The position numbers and the translations under genes are program-made. From NCBI GenBank assembly GCA_047459075.1, contig VSCH01000005.1:29693-93692 (forward strand): DNA of 64,000 nt. Direction: 5' to 3'. A model generated the notes under the pieces. That model searched no databases. It was given only the letters and a program-made list of their open reading frames with translations, and had not been told where the DNA came from. The stretch is from Acidimicrobiia bacterium (GTDB lineage Bacteria > Actinomycetota > Acidimicrobiia > Acidimicrobiales > VFJN01). Each line of letters starts with the position of its first letter. The first letter of the stretch is position 1. This document shows positions 20,277 through 30,041 of the stretch, piece after piece.

Positions 20277-22024
20277 CGCCCGGCACGCCCACCACCGGTC
20301 GCCGACGCTCCTCGACGCCGCGCGTCGCCCTGCGCCTGGCCCGCAACGACCCGGCCGCGTACCTGATCGCGTGGGCCGGCTGGGTGGCCTTCTACTCCGC
20401 GCCGCTCGCCACCGCCGCCGTGGTGCGCCTGGTCCTCGACCGCGTCGCCGGCGGCGACGCCGGCGGCGTGTGGCTGCTCCTCGGCGCGCTGGCCGGCGTC
20501 GAGGTGGTCCGGTGGACGATGGTCGTCGCCGTTGCCGTGCAGTGGCACGGCTGCTGGGTCGGCTGGCAGACCGTGCCCCGGGTCAACCTCCTGCGCTCGC
20601 TCGCCGAGGAGCCCGGGCCCGCGGCCGGCCGCCTGCCGGGCGCCCCCGGCGAGGCGGTCAGCCGCTTCCGCGACGACGTCGAGGACCTGGCCCTCGTGCT
20701 CGACGTCTGGCTCGACATCTCGGGCGCCCTCGTGTCCTCCGCGCTGGCCGTGGCGGTGCTCGTCGCCATCGACCCCGGGGCGGCGCTGGCGATCGCCGCG
20801 CCCGTCGCCCTGGCGGCGCTCGCCGCCTGGCGCCTCGGGCCCCGCCTGCGGGCCTGGCGCCGCGCCGCCCGGGAGGCGACCGCCCGGGTGACCGGGTTCA
20901 TCGGCGACACCTTCGGCGCGGTGTCGGCCGTGCAGTCCGCCGGCGCCGAGCAGGCGGTGCACCGGCGCTTCGTCGCGCTCAACGCCGCTCGCGCCGTGGT
21001 CGGCCGGCGTGACCAGGTCGGCTCCGAGCTCGTCCGCTCGCTGGGCTACGGGACCGGCGAGGTCGCGGTCGGTGCCGCCCTCGTCGTCGTGGCGGCGGCG
21101 CTGGGGCGGGGCGACCTGTCGGTGGGCGACGTGGCGCTGTTCGCGGCCTACGCGGCGGTGATCGCCGAGGTGCCGAAGTGGGTCGGGCGCTCGCTCGTCT
21201 ACCACCGCCAGGCCGACGTGTCGGTGGACCGCCTGGCCGAGCTGCTGCGCACGCCCGACCGCCGCGCCGTCGTCGCGCCGACGCCGACTCACCTGCGCCA
21301 CGGCCCCCCGCCGCTCGCGACGCCCGCGGACGGTGAGGGTCGCGACCACCCGGCCGGCCCGCTGGACGAGCCGCTGGAGGAGCTGCGCGTCGAGGGCCTC
21401 ACCGTGCACCACCCGGGGTCGGGACGGGGCGTCGAGGGCGTCGACCTCCTCGTGCGGCGGGGCGAGCTCGTCGTGCTCACCGGCCCGGTCGGCGCCGGCA
21501 AGACGACCGTCCTCCGGGCGCTCCTCGGGCTGGTGGCCGCCGACGGCGGCACCGTCCGCTGGAACGGGGCGCCGGTCCCCGACCCGTCGGTCACCCTGGT
21601 GCCGCCCCGGGTCGCCTACCTGCCGCAGGTGCCCCGGCTGTTCAGCGAGCCGCTGGCCGACACGATCCTGCTCGGCGCCCCACCCGACCGGCTCGGGTGG
21701 GCGCTGTGGGCAGCGTGCCTCGACGAGGACGTGGCCCGGCTGCCCGCCGGCACGGCCACCGACGTCGGCCCCCGGGGCCTGCGGCTGTCCGGCGGGCAGG
21801 CCCAGCGGGTCGGGCTCGCCCGGGCCCTGGTCCGGGCTCCCGACCTGCTCGTCGTCGACGACCTCTCCAGCGCCCTCGACACCGAGACCGAGACCCGCCT
21901 GTGGTCGCGCCTCGCGGTGGGCGGGTTCACCACCGCGCTGGTGGTCAGCCACCGGCCGCACGTGCTCGCGGCGGCCGACCGGGTCGTCGTCCTCGCCGGC
22001 GGCCGCGTCGTCGACGTGCGCTGA
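20273..22024 (+). CDS. ABC exporter, fused permease/ATPase, subunit 2 (Walker B Glu replaced by Asp)
   Basis: 583 aa from the GTG at 20273, with a GTGA overlap onto the subunit 1 stop. Walker A GPVGAGKTT, signature LSGGQAQR, Walker B LLVVDDLSS. Confidence 0.9.
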   Translation: MTPGTPTTGRRRSSTPRVALRLARNDPAAYLIAWAGWVAFYSAPLATAAVVRLVLDRVAGGDAGGVWLLLGALAGVEVVRWTMVVAVAVQWHGCWVGWQTVPRVNLLRSLAEEPGPAAGRLPGAPGEAVSRFRDDVEDLALVLDVWLDISGALVSSALAVAVLVAIDPGAALAIAAPVALAALAAWRLGPRLRAWRRAAREATARVTGFIGDTFGAVSAVQSAGAEQAVHRRFVALNAARAVVGRRDQVGSELVRSLGYGTGEVAVGAALVVVAAALGRGDLSVGDVALFAAYAAVIAEVPKWVGRSLVYHRQADVSVDRLAELLRTPDRRAVVAPTPTHLRHGPPPLATPADGEGRDHPAGPLDEPLEELRVEGLTVHHPGSGRGVEGVDLLVRRGELVVLTGPVGAGKTTVLRALLGLVAADGGTVRWNGAPVPDPSVTLVPPRVAYLPQVPRLFSEPLADTILLGAPPDRLGWALWAACLDEDVARLPAGTATDVGPRGLRLSGGQAQRVGLARALVRAPDLLVVDDLSSALDTETETRLWSRLAVGGFTTALVVSHRPHVLAAADRVVVLAGGRVVDVR

Positions 22025-22046
22025 CGCCGCCGGGGCGGCGACCCGG

Positions 22047-24308
22047 TCAGCCGCCGGCCGGCGCCACCTCGACCGGGATGCCGTTCAGCACCGCGGTGCC
22101 CGACAGCGGGTCGATGAGCTCGTCGTCGGCGAGGAGGTTGGTGTTCACCCCGGCGTGGGCGCGGGCGACGCGCAGCTCGACGCCGTCGAGGTCGTGCCCC
22201 CAGCCGTGGGGGATGCTGACCACGCCGGGCCGGATGGCGTCGGTGACCTCGACGGGAACCGTGATCTTGCCGGTGCGGGAGGTGACCTCGGCCGGCGCGC
22301 CGTCGGTGAGGCCCAGCCGAGCGGCGTCGTCGGGGTGCACCTGCAGCGTGCAGCGGGGCCGGCCCTTCACCAGGACCTCGACGTTGTGCATCCACGAGTT
22401 GTTCGAGCGCAGGTCGCGGCGCCCGATCAGCCGCAGCCCGCCGACCGGCGCGTCGAGGCCGGCCAGCAGCCGCTCGACGTCGGCCACGATGGGCTCGGGC
22501 GCCAGCTCGACCATCCCCGACGGCGTGCGCAGCACCTCGGGCAGCCGGGGCCGCAGCGGGCCGAGGTCGACGCCGTGCGGGTTGGCCAGCAGCACGTCGA
22601 GGGACAGCCCGTCGGGCCGGGCGCCGAAGCCCTCGCCGTAGGGGCCGACCCGCAGCATGAGGTCGAGGATGCGCTCGGGGCCCCGGCGGTCGCCCAGCGC
22701 GGCCACGACCTCGTCCGGGTCCCGGCCGGCGATCGGGCTCGTCTCGTCGGCCACCGCCGACTCGACCAGCGACCGCAGCACGAGGTCGTCGACCAGCGCG
22801 GGGTCGGCGCCTGCGCCCATGCCCTGGGCGATCAGCGCCAGGCGGGCGAGGATCTCCCACTCGTCGGGCTGCCCCGGGGCGCGCGGCAGCACCGGCGGGC
22901 TGTAGTTGGCGACGTTCCGCACCGCGAGCTGCAGCAGCGCGAGGTCGTAGTGCGACTTCTGCAGCGGCGTGGGCGGCGGCAGGATGACGTCGGCGTGGCG
23001 GGTCGTCTCGTTCACGTAGGGGTCGACCGCCACGTAGAGGTCGAGCCCGGCGAGCGCGGCGTCGAGCCGGGCCCCGTTGGGCGTCGACAGCACCGGGTTG
23101 CCGGCGATCGTCACCAGCGCCCGGACCTGGCCCTCGCCGGGCGTGTCGATCTCCTCGGCCAGGCAGACGACCGGCAGCTCGCCCATCGTCTCGCCGAGGC
23201 CCCGCACCCGGCTGCGGCGGCGGTGGAGGCGGACGCCCCGGCCGTAGCGGGGCGTGCCCCGGGTGTTGGCGGCACCGGCGGCCGCGGTGGCGAACATCGC
23301 CCCGCCGGGCCGGTCGAGGTTGCCGGTCAACGTGTTGAGCACGTCGACGAGCCAGGACGACAGCGTCCCGAACGGCGCCACCGTCGTCCCGATGCGCCCG
23401 TAGACGCAGGCCCGGGGCGCGGCGGCCAGGTCGCGGGCGAGCCGCCGCACCTCGGACGGGTCGAGGCCGGTCTGCACCGCCGTCGCCTCGGGGGTGAACG
23501 GCCGGCACACCTCGACCACGGTGTCGACCCCCCGCACGTACGGGCCCGCCGGGCCGAGGTCGACCAGGCCCTCGGTGACGACGACGTTGACCAGCGCCAT
23601 GAGCAGGTAGGGGTCGGCGCCGGGCCGGATGGCGAGGTGCCGGTCGGCGGCCTCGGCCGTGCGCGTGCGCCGGGGGTCGACGACGACGAGGGTGCCGCCC
23701 CGGGCCCGCAGGGCCTCGATGCGACCGGGCCAGTCGGGCGCGGTGGCCAGGCTGCCGTTGGACGCGTACGGGTTGGCGCCCAGCATGAGGAGGAAGTCGG
23801 TCCGGTCGACGTCGGGCACCGGGACCGACAGCGACGTGCCGAACATCAGCCCCGCCGCGACCTCCTTGGGCCGCTGGTCGACCGTGCTGGCCGAGTAGAC
23901 GTTGGTCGTGCCGAGCGCCCGCACCAGCGGGCGGACGAACAGCAGCGCACCCAGCGAGTGGGCCGTCGGGTTGCCGATGTAGACGGCCACGGCGTCGCGC
24001 CCATGCTCCTGGACGATCGGGGGGAGCCGGCGCTCGACCTCGGCGAAGGCCTCGGCCCAGTCGACCTCGACGAGCCGGCCGCCCCGGCGCACCCGGGGTC
24101 GCCGCAGCCAGTCCGGGTCCTCGTGGAGGTGCTTGAGGGTCGAGCCCTTGGGGCAGATGAAGCCGTGGCTGAACACGTCCGCCCGGTCGCCCCGGATGCG
24201 GGTGACGACCTCCTCGCCGGGGGGACCCGCCAGCGCGATCTCGAGCCCGCACCCGGCCTCGCACAGCGGGCAGGTCCGGAAGGCCGTCCGGGTGGCGGTC
24301 GTCGTCAT
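22047..24308 (-). CDS. molybdopterin-dependent oxidoreductase (formate/nitrate-reductase-like catalytic subunit)
   Basis: N-terminal 4Fe-4S motif CPLCEAGCG...CPKG, followed by molybdopterin oxidoreductase and C-terminal MopB-binding-like regions. The ATG at 24308 is preceded by AGGGGGA. Confidence 0.88.
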   Translation of the reverse strand: MTTTATRTAFRTCPLCEAGCGLEIALAGPPGEEVVTRIRGDRADVFSHGFICPKGSTLKHLHEDPDWLRRPRVRRGGRLVEVDWAEAFAEVERRLPPIVQEHGRDAVAVYIGNPTAHSLGALLFVRPLVRALGTTNVYSASTVDQRPKEVAAGLMFGTSLSVPVPDVDRTDFLLMLGANPYASNGSLATAPDWPGRIEALRARGGTLVVVDPRRTRTAEAADRHLAIRPGADPYLLMALVNVVVTEGLVDLGPAGPYVRGVDTVVEVCRPFTPEATAVQTGLDPSEVRRLARDLAAAPRACVYGRIGTTVAPFGTLSSWLVDVLNTLTGNLDRPGGAMFATAAAGAANTRGTPRYGRGVRLHRRRSRVRGLGETMGELPVVCLAEEIDTPGEGQVRALVTIAGNPVLSTPNGARLDAALAGLDLYVAVDPYVNETTRHADVILPPPTPLQKSHYDLALLQLAVRNVANYSPPVLPRAPGQPDEWEILARLALIAQGMGAGADPALVDDLVLRSLVESAVADETSPIAGRDPDEVVAALGDRRGPERILDLMLRVGPYGEGFGARPDGLSLDVLLANPHGVDLGPLRPRLPEVLRTPSGMVELAPEPIVADVERLLAGLDAPVGGLRLIGRRDLRSNNSWMHNVEVLVKGRPRCTLQVHPDDAARLGLTDGAPAEVTSRTGKITVPVEVTDAIRPGVVSIPHGWGHDLDGVELRVARAHAGVNTNLLADDELIDPLSGTAVLNGIPVEVAPAGG

Positions 24309-24390
24309 CCTCGTCCCCCTTCGCTCGCCGGGCCCCATCGTGCCACCGGGGCCCGCGCCGCGCCGAAGGCGCCGCCGTCCGCCCGCGCGC

Positions 24391-25998
24391 TCAGGTGCCC
24401 CCGAGCGCCCAGACGGCGCCGCGTCGCAGCTCCGGACGCAGCAGGTCGGTCCGGTCGACGGCGACCGGCCGCTCGGACCGGTGGCGCTCGACGACGAACT
24501 GGTCGAGCACCACCCGCTCGGCGAGGGGGAACCTCGCGGCCAGCTCGTCGGGCAGCGGGGCGCCGAGGAACACGAAGCTGCACGAGCGGCCGATCAGCAG
24601 GTCGCACACGGCCGTCGGGTGGGGCCGGGCCACGAGCACGTTGATCTCGGTGACCCGCACCACCCGGTCGCCCAACGGCTCGGCGTCGGGCAGGTAGCGC
24701 TCGATCGGGCGGCTCAGCCCGCCCGACCGGTCGACGACCAGCACGCTGCCGGCGTCCGCGTCGGCCACGGCCGCGGCGACGCCCCGCCAGTCGGCCCGCT
24801 GGCGCAGCGGGTCGCGGGCGACGGCGACGTCCGCCGCCGTCCACAGCGCGACCACCGCGATCGCCACGAGCACCCCCGGCCACGGCCGCCGGGGGCCCAG
24901 CAGGGCGGCGGCCGCGGCGACGAGCAGCGGCACCAGCGCGCCGACGAAGTAGCGGCCGACCACGGCGTCGACGCCGGCGGCCGCGGCGGCCACCGGCAGG
25001 GCCACCCCGGCGAGCGCCACCCCACCGGCGACGGCGACGGCCCGCCGCTCCGGCGCGCCGAGGCGCCGGGCGGCGGCCAGGCCCCCGAGCGCCAGCACCC
25101 CGGCCACGAGCGCCCAGGGTGGCCACCGGAACGGGCTCGGCCCGGTCAGCGCGAGCTGCCCGGCCTCGTCGAGCCGGTACGACAGCGCGAAGGACCGGAT
25201 CCACGACTGGTTGCCGCCGTGGCTCCGCTGGACGGCGAGGAGCGGGGCCAGCAGGACCAGCGTGACGCCGAGCGGCGCGGCCCCGGCGGCGAGGTCGCGC
25301 CGCCCGACCCCCCGGGTGCGCGCCAGCACCGCCAGCTCGGCGACGGCCAGGCACAGGGCGAGGTAGTGGACGGCGACCGCGAACCCGGCCGCCAAGCCCC
25401 ACCGCACGAGGTCGGCGCGGCGGCCGGTGCGCGCCGCCCGGGCCGCGGCCAGCAGGGACACCGCGCCGGCCAGCGCCAGCAAGCCGTAGGGGCGGGCCTC
25501 CTGCGAGTACCAGACGAGCATCGGGTTGACGGCCACCAGCAGCGCCGCGCCCAGCGCGACCCGCCGCCGGCAGCCGAGCTCCCGGGCCAGCGCGTGGGCG
25601 ACCGGCACGGTGGCGAGCCCGGCGAGGGCCGAGAAGGACCGCAGGGCGGCGTCGCCGTCGCCGACCAGCCGGGCCCAGAACCACATGAGGACGAAGTACG
25701 GCGGCCCCGCGCCCTCGCGGGTGGCGATCTGCTGGAGCAGGTGGGGGACGAGGTTGTTGTCGGTCCCCTCGGTCGTGACCCACTCGTCGTACCAGAAGCT
25801 CTGGTCGCCCAGGCCCCGGAACCGCAGCACCGCCGCCACCGCCACGACACCGGCCAACGGGAGGCCCGACCACCGGGGCCGCCGCACCCACCGGGCCCGG
25901 GCGATCCGCCGCCGGGCCGCCCGGCGCACCCGAGGGCCGCCACCCGGTGCGCCGTCCGCGGCCGTCACGGTGTCGGTGTCCGCCATCGACCCCAGCAC
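24391..25998 (-). CDS. GT39/PMT_2-type (GT-C) polyprenyl-phosphate-sugar-dependent glycosyltransferase
   Basis: 535 aa. The first periplasmic loop carries FWYDEW (the DE motif). There are many TM helices and a roughly 170-aa C-terminal soluble domain. Alternative ATG at 25986. Confidence 0.8.
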   Translation of the reverse strand: MLGSMADTDTVTAADGAPGGGPRVRRAARRRIARARWVRRPRWSGLPLAGVVAVAAVLRFRGLGDQSFWYDEWVTTEGTDNNLVPHLLQQIATREGAGPPYFVLMWFWARLVGDGDAALRSFSALAGLATVPVAHALARELGCRRRVALGAALLVAVNPMLVWYSQEARPYGLLALAGAVSLLAAARAARTGRRADLVRWGLAAGFAVAVHYLALCLAVAELAVLARTRGVGRRDLAAGAAPLGVTLVLLAPLLAVQRSHGGNQSWIRSFALSYRLDEAGQLALTGPSPFRWPPWALVAGVLALGGLAAARRLGAPERRAVAVAGGVALAGVALPVAAAAAGVDAVVGRYFVGALVPLLVAAAAALLGPRRPWPGVLVAIAVVALWTAADVAVARDPLRQRADWRGVAAAVADADAGSVLVVDRSGGLSRPIERYLPDAEPLGDRVVRVTEINVLVARPHPTAVCDLLIGRSCSFVFLGAPLPDELAARFPLAERVVLDQFVVERHRSERPVAVDRTDLLRPELRRGAVWALGGT

Positions 25999-26061
25999 CC
26001 CCTCCGCCGGGGAGGCTAGTGGGTCCGGGGCGGGCGTGGCCCCGCCGCGCGGCGGCGCCGG

Positions 26062-27105
26062 TCAGCGCCCGGCGAGCGCCCGCTTCAGGTCGTCGAGGAC
26101 GGCGACGGGGCCGGGGTCGACGCCGGCCCGGTAGGCCATGTGCAGCGAGACGACGTCGCCGGTGAAGGTGAGGTCGAACAGCTGGGCCAGCGGGCCCTCG
26201 CCCTCGGCCCGCACCTCGACGACGTCGTGGACGACCTCGGCCATGAGGTCGCGCACCAGCTCGAAGCGCCGCTGCTCCTGCGGGTGCTCCTCGTCGTGGC
26301 GCAGCTCGACGAGCGTGAACACCTGGCGGGTGACGTCGCCGTGCTGCCCCCACCCGGCGATCTCGTTGTGGCACATCTCCGGCAGCGCGGCGACGAAGGC
26401 GGGCGCCTTGGCGTTCTCGTTCACCTGGGCCTTCCAGCGCTGGGCGGCCACGGCCCCGAGCGGCCCCGCCCCGACGAGCAGCGGGATGGTCGGCCCGATC
26501 GCCCGGGCCAGCCGGGCGCCGAGGTCGCCCTCGACGAGCGCCGGGCGCCGGCGGCGCAGCTGCTCGACCGCGGCGTCGACCCACGCCCGAGCCCCGGGGA
26601 ACAGCCCCACCGACTCGAGCAGGAGCAGCAGGGGCACGGCCATCGCCCCCAGGCCGGCCCGGGGCATGGGGATGGCGCCGGGCAGCGGCACGACGGGCGC
26701 CTGCCAGCTCGGCGCCATCGCCCCCAGCTCGCCGCCCGTCGTGACCACGACCATGCGGGCGCCCGCCGCGGCCGCCGCCTGCGCCGCCTCGAGGGTCTCC
26801 TCGGTGTTGCCCGAGAAGGACACGGCGAAGCAGAGCGTGCCCGGCCCGACGAACGACGGCGGGGCGTAGCCCTTGGCCACGACGATCGGCACCGGCACGA
26901 ACGGCCCGCCGACCGCCGCCAGCACGTCGCCGGCGATGCCGCTGCCGCCCATGCCGAGCACCACGACGTTGTCGACCTCGTCGGCGGGCGGCAGCCCCTC
27001 GACGCTCGCCGCCGCCTCGACCGCCGCCTGGACCTGCTCGGGGAACGCGGCGGTCACCCCGAACATGTCGAGGCTGTCGAGGACGTCGGGGCCGATGGTC
27101 GCCAT
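26062..27105 (-). CDS. SIS-domain bifunctional phosphoglucose/phosphomannose isomerase
   Basis: 347 aa. GMGGSGIAGD and a second SIS half. The architecture is typical of actinobacterial and archaeal PGI/PMI. ATGA overlap with the Trm112 gene. Confidence 0.82.
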   Translation of the reverse strand: MATIGPDVLDSLDMFGVTAAFPEQVQAAVEAAASVEGLPPADEVDNVVVLGMGGSGIAGDVLAAVGGPFVPVPIVVAKGYAPPSFVGPGTLCFAVSFSGNTEETLEAAQAAAAAGARMVVVTTGGELGAMAPSWQAPVVPLPGAIPMPRAGLGAMAVPLLLLLESVGLFPGARAWVDAAVEQLRRRRPALVEGDLGARLARAIGPTIPLLVGAGPLGAVAAQRWKAQVNENAKAPAFVAALPEMCHNEIAGWGQHGDVTRQVFTLVELRHDEEHPQEQRRFELVRDLMAEVVHDVVEVRAEGEGPLAQLFDLTFTGDVVSLHMAYRAGVDPGPVAVLDDLKRALAGR

Positions 27106-27341
27106 CAGGCCTCGAAGGTCGGCCTGATGCCCTCGGCCACCGCCTTCGCCTCGAGCCGCTGGTGCTCGGCCTCGTCCACCGTCTCCGCCTCGTCGACGAG
27201 CATGATGGGGATGTCCTCCCGGATCGGGTAGCGCCGGCGCAGGCGGGGGTTGTAGAGCGCGTCCTCGTCGGGGAAGTAGAGCAGCGGCCCCTTGTCCTCC
27301 GGGCAGGCGAGGATCTCGAGGAGCTGTGCGTCGAGTGCCAT
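27105..27341 (-). CDS. Trm112/YcaR-family small zinc-ribbon-like protein
   Basis: 78 aa. LLEILACPEDKGPL ... YPIREDIPIMLVDEA is the family hallmark. Confidence 0.85.
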   Translation of the reverse strand: MALDAQLLEILACPEDKGPLLYFPDEDALYNPRLRRRYPIREDIPIMLVDEAETVDEAEHQRLEAKAVAEGIRPTFEA

Positions 27342-27345
27342 GGCG

Positions 27346-28713
27346 TCAACCCTTGTCGGTGATCAGCGCCCGCACCTCGGCGACGTGGCGGTCGCACGCC
27401 TCGCGGGTGGGCGCCTCGAGGTTCAGCCGCAGCAGCGGCTCGGTGTTCGACGGCCGGAGGTTAAACCACCAGTCGCCGTTGTCGACCGTGAGGCCGTCCA
27501 GCCGGTCCTGGTGGGCGTCCGGGTAGGCCGCCGCCACCCGCTCGATGACCGCCTGGGCGTCGTCGACCCGGGTGTTGATCTCGCCGGAGGCCGCGTAGCG
27601 GTCGAACGGCTTGCGCAGCGACGACAGCGGGACGCCCGCCTTGCAGATCTGCTCGAGCACCATCAGCGCGGCGATGCAGCCCGAGTCGGCCCGGTAGTTG
27701 TCGCGGAAGTAGTAGTGCGCCGAGTGCTCGCCCCCGAAGGCGGCGCCGGTCTCGGCCATGACGGCCTTGATGAAGGAGTGGCCGACCCGGGTGCGCACCG
27801 GCACGCCCCCGTTCTCCTCGATGACCTCGGGCACGGCCTTCGAGCAGATGAGGTTGTAGAGGATGGTGGCGCCCGGCTCCTTCTCGAGCACGCTCTTGGC
27901 CACGATCGCGGTGGTCGTCGAGCCCGACAGCGGCTCGCCCCGGTCGTCGACCAGGAACACCCGGTCGGCGTCGCCGTCGAAGGCCAGCCCGACGTCGGCG
28001 CCGGTCTCCCGCACCCGCGCCTGCAGGTCGCGCAGGTTCTCCGGCTGGATCGGGTCGGCGGGGTGGTTGGGGAACGTGCCGTCGAGCTCGCCGTAGAGCA
28101 CCTCGAGCTCGAACGGCAGCGTGGCGAACACCCGGGGCACGACGAGGCCGCCCATGCCGTTGGCCGTGTCGGCCACGACCTTGAGCGGCGTCAGCGCCGA
28201 GGTGTCGACGAAGCTGCGCACGTGCTCGGCGAACTCGTCGAGCAGGTCGAGCTGCTCGACCCGGCCGGGGGACGTGGCCGGGGTGTCGACGCCCGCCCGG
28301 GCCAGCCCCTTGATCTCGGCGAGGCCGGTGTCCTGGCCGATCGGGCGGGCGCCGGCCAGGCAGAGCTTGACGCCGTTGTACTCGGCCGGGTTGTGCGAGG
28401 CGGTGAACATCGCCCCCGGGGCGTCGAGGCGGCCCGAGGCGAAGTACAGGAGGTCGGTCGAGCACAGCCCCACGTCCACGACGTCCAGGCCCTGGCGCTG
28501 GACGCCCTCGGCGAAGGCGGCGGCCAGCTCGACGCCGCTCGGCCGCATGTCGCGCCCGACGACGACCCGGTCGGCCCCGCCGCCGGTGGTGGTGACGAAG
28601 CGGGCGAAGGCCGCGCCGATGCGGTGGCTGAGCTCGGCGTCCAGCTGGTCCGGCACCGTGCCCCGCACGTCGTAGGCCTTGAAGATCACGTCGAGCGCGT
28701 CGAGGTCCGCCAT
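27346..28713 (-). CDS. manB: phosphomannomutase/phosphoglucomutase
   Basis: 455 aa with the active-site loop TASHNPAEYNG, the metal loop FDGDADR, and GEHSAHYYF. Confidence 0.93.
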   Translation of the reverse strand: MADLDALDVIFKAYDVRGTVPDQLDAELSHRIGAAFARFVTTTGGGADRVVVGRDMRPSGVELAAAFAEGVQRQGLDVVDVGLCSTDLLYFASGRLDAPGAMFTASHNPAEYNGVKLCLAGARPIGQDTGLAEIKGLARAGVDTPATSPGRVEQLDLLDEFAEHVRSFVDTSALTPLKVVADTANGMGGLVVPRVFATLPFELEVLYGELDGTFPNHPADPIQPENLRDLQARVRETGADVGLAFDGDADRVFLVDDRGEPLSGSTTTAIVAKSVLEKEPGATILYNLICSKAVPEVIEENGGVPVRTRVGHSFIKAVMAETGAAFGGEHSAHYYFRDNYRADSGCIAALMVLEQICKAGVPLSSLRKPFDRYAASGEINTRVDDAQAVIERVAAAYPDAHQDRLDGLTVDNGDWWFNLRPSNTEPLLRLNLEAPTREACDRHVAEVRALITDKG

Positions 28714-28763
28714 GGGCCGACCAACCTAGTCCGGGCGGCGGCGCCGGCCCCCACCGCGAGGGG

Positions 28764-30041
28764 TCAGCCGCAGGCGGTGGGCGCGCCCTCGGGCAGCACC
28801 GGGGGCAGGTCGCCGTCCGCCTCGTACTCGCCGGCGGCCGACCAGTGCCGGATGCGGAACATGTCGACGACGAGCTGGAGCGCGTCCCGGATGGCGGAGA
28901 CCGTCGAGCGGGGCGGGTTCGCGACCTCGACGGGGACCTCGGTGAGCGACAGGTCGAACCGCTCGACGAGGTGCAGCACCTCGATGTCGAAGGCGAAGCC
29001 GTCGACCCGGGTGCGGGAGAAGAGGAAGCGGGCGACGTCCGAGCGGAAGCCCTTCAGCCCGCTCTGCGTGTCCCGGAAGCTGCCCAGCAGCACGGCGTAG
29101 CTGAGCCAGTTGATGGCCCGGCTGCCCCAGGCCCGCAGGCGCGACGGCGGCACGAGCGTCCGGGCCTCGGGGTGCCGGCGGTCGCCGATGGCGACGTCCC
29201 AGCCGTCCTCCACGGCCGCCAGCACCCGCCGCACCTGGTCGGGCCCGTAGGCGAGGTCGGCGTCGGTGAACACGACCGTGCGGCCCCGGGCGGCCAGCAC
29301 CCCGGCCCGGACGGCCGCCCCCTTGCCCCGGTTGCGGGGCTGGACGACGACCTGCGTCGCCCCGGCGGCGAGCGCGGCCTCCGCCGTCCCGTCGGTCGAG
29401 CCGTCGTCCACGACGACGACCTCGAGGCCGCCGTCGGCGGCCACGTCCGCCAGCTCGTCCTGCAGCCGGCGGACCGTGCCGCCGATGCGGTCGGCCTCGT
29501 GGTACGCGGGCAGCACGACGCTCAGGCGCAGGTCGCCCGGCGCCGGCGGCCGGCGCCAGCGCACCCGCCGCGACCGGGTCATCTCGGCGAGCAGCACCCA
29601 GCGGTAGCCGGCCAGCCGGACGGCGCCGGCGACGACGAGCGCCACGACCTTGGCCTCGACGAGCGCCGGGGCCGACCCGAAGCCGGTGCCCGCGTGGAGG
29701 GCCCGCAGCACGAGCACGTCGACCCCGGCCGACAGCGCGGCGACGCCGACGAAGGCGGCCGGCACCTCGACCCACCGGACGTAGGGGTCGCTGCGGAAGG
29801 TGACGACCCGGTGCAGGACGTAGGAGACGACGCTCGCGCCGGCGATGGCCGCCAGGTCGGCGAGCACGAGGATCCAGCCCAGCCGCTGGCGGAAGAGGAC
29901 GAGGAGCCCGACGTCGACCGCCGTCGGCACGAGGGCCAGGACGGCCAGCCGCCGGAGACGGCCGGTCAGCCCGGCCTCCACGCGGGGTCGGCGGCGGGGT
30001 CGTCCTCGTCGGGCTCCCACGGGTCGCCCTCGGCGCCCCAC
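28764..30041 (-). CDS. fused GtrA-like membrane domain + GT2 polyprenyl-phosphate glycosyltransferase (Ppm/DPG-synthase-like)
   Basis: The N-terminal roughly 130 aa contain four helices with the GtrA pattern (SYVLHRVVTF). The GT2 domain follows (LSVVLPAYHE, VVVDDGSTDGT, DADL). The alternative GTG at 29981 would leave a 16-nt overlap with the upstream gene. Confidence 0.8.
   Translation of the reverse strand: MGRRGRPVGARRGRPRRRPRVEAGLTGRLRRLAVLALVPTAVDVGLLVLFRQRLGWILVLADLAAIAGASVVSYVLHRVVTFRSDPYVRWVEVPAAFVGVAALSAGVDVLVLRALHAGTGFGSAPALVEAKVVALVVAGAVRLAGYRWVLLAEMTRSRRVRWRRPPAPGDLRLSVVLPAYHEADRIGGTVRRLQDELADVAADGGLEVVVVDDGSTDGTAEAALAAGATQVVVQPRNRGKGAAVRAGVLAARGRTVVFTDADLAYGPDQVRRVLAAVEDGWDVAIGDRRHPEARTLVPPSRLRAWGSRAINWLSYAVLLGSFRDTQSGLKGFRSDVARFLFSRTRVDGFAFDIEVLHLVERFDLSLTEVPVEVANPPRSTVSAIRDALQLVVDMFRIRHWSAAGEYEADGDLPPVLPEGAPTACG

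Noticed and set aside
24305-27397. 1030-aa ORF on the minus strand
   Set aside because: It is out of frame with the GT39, PGI/PMI and Trm112 genes on the same strand. The translation is almost pure Arg/Gly/Ala/Pro. The alternative frames give proteins with clear family motifs.
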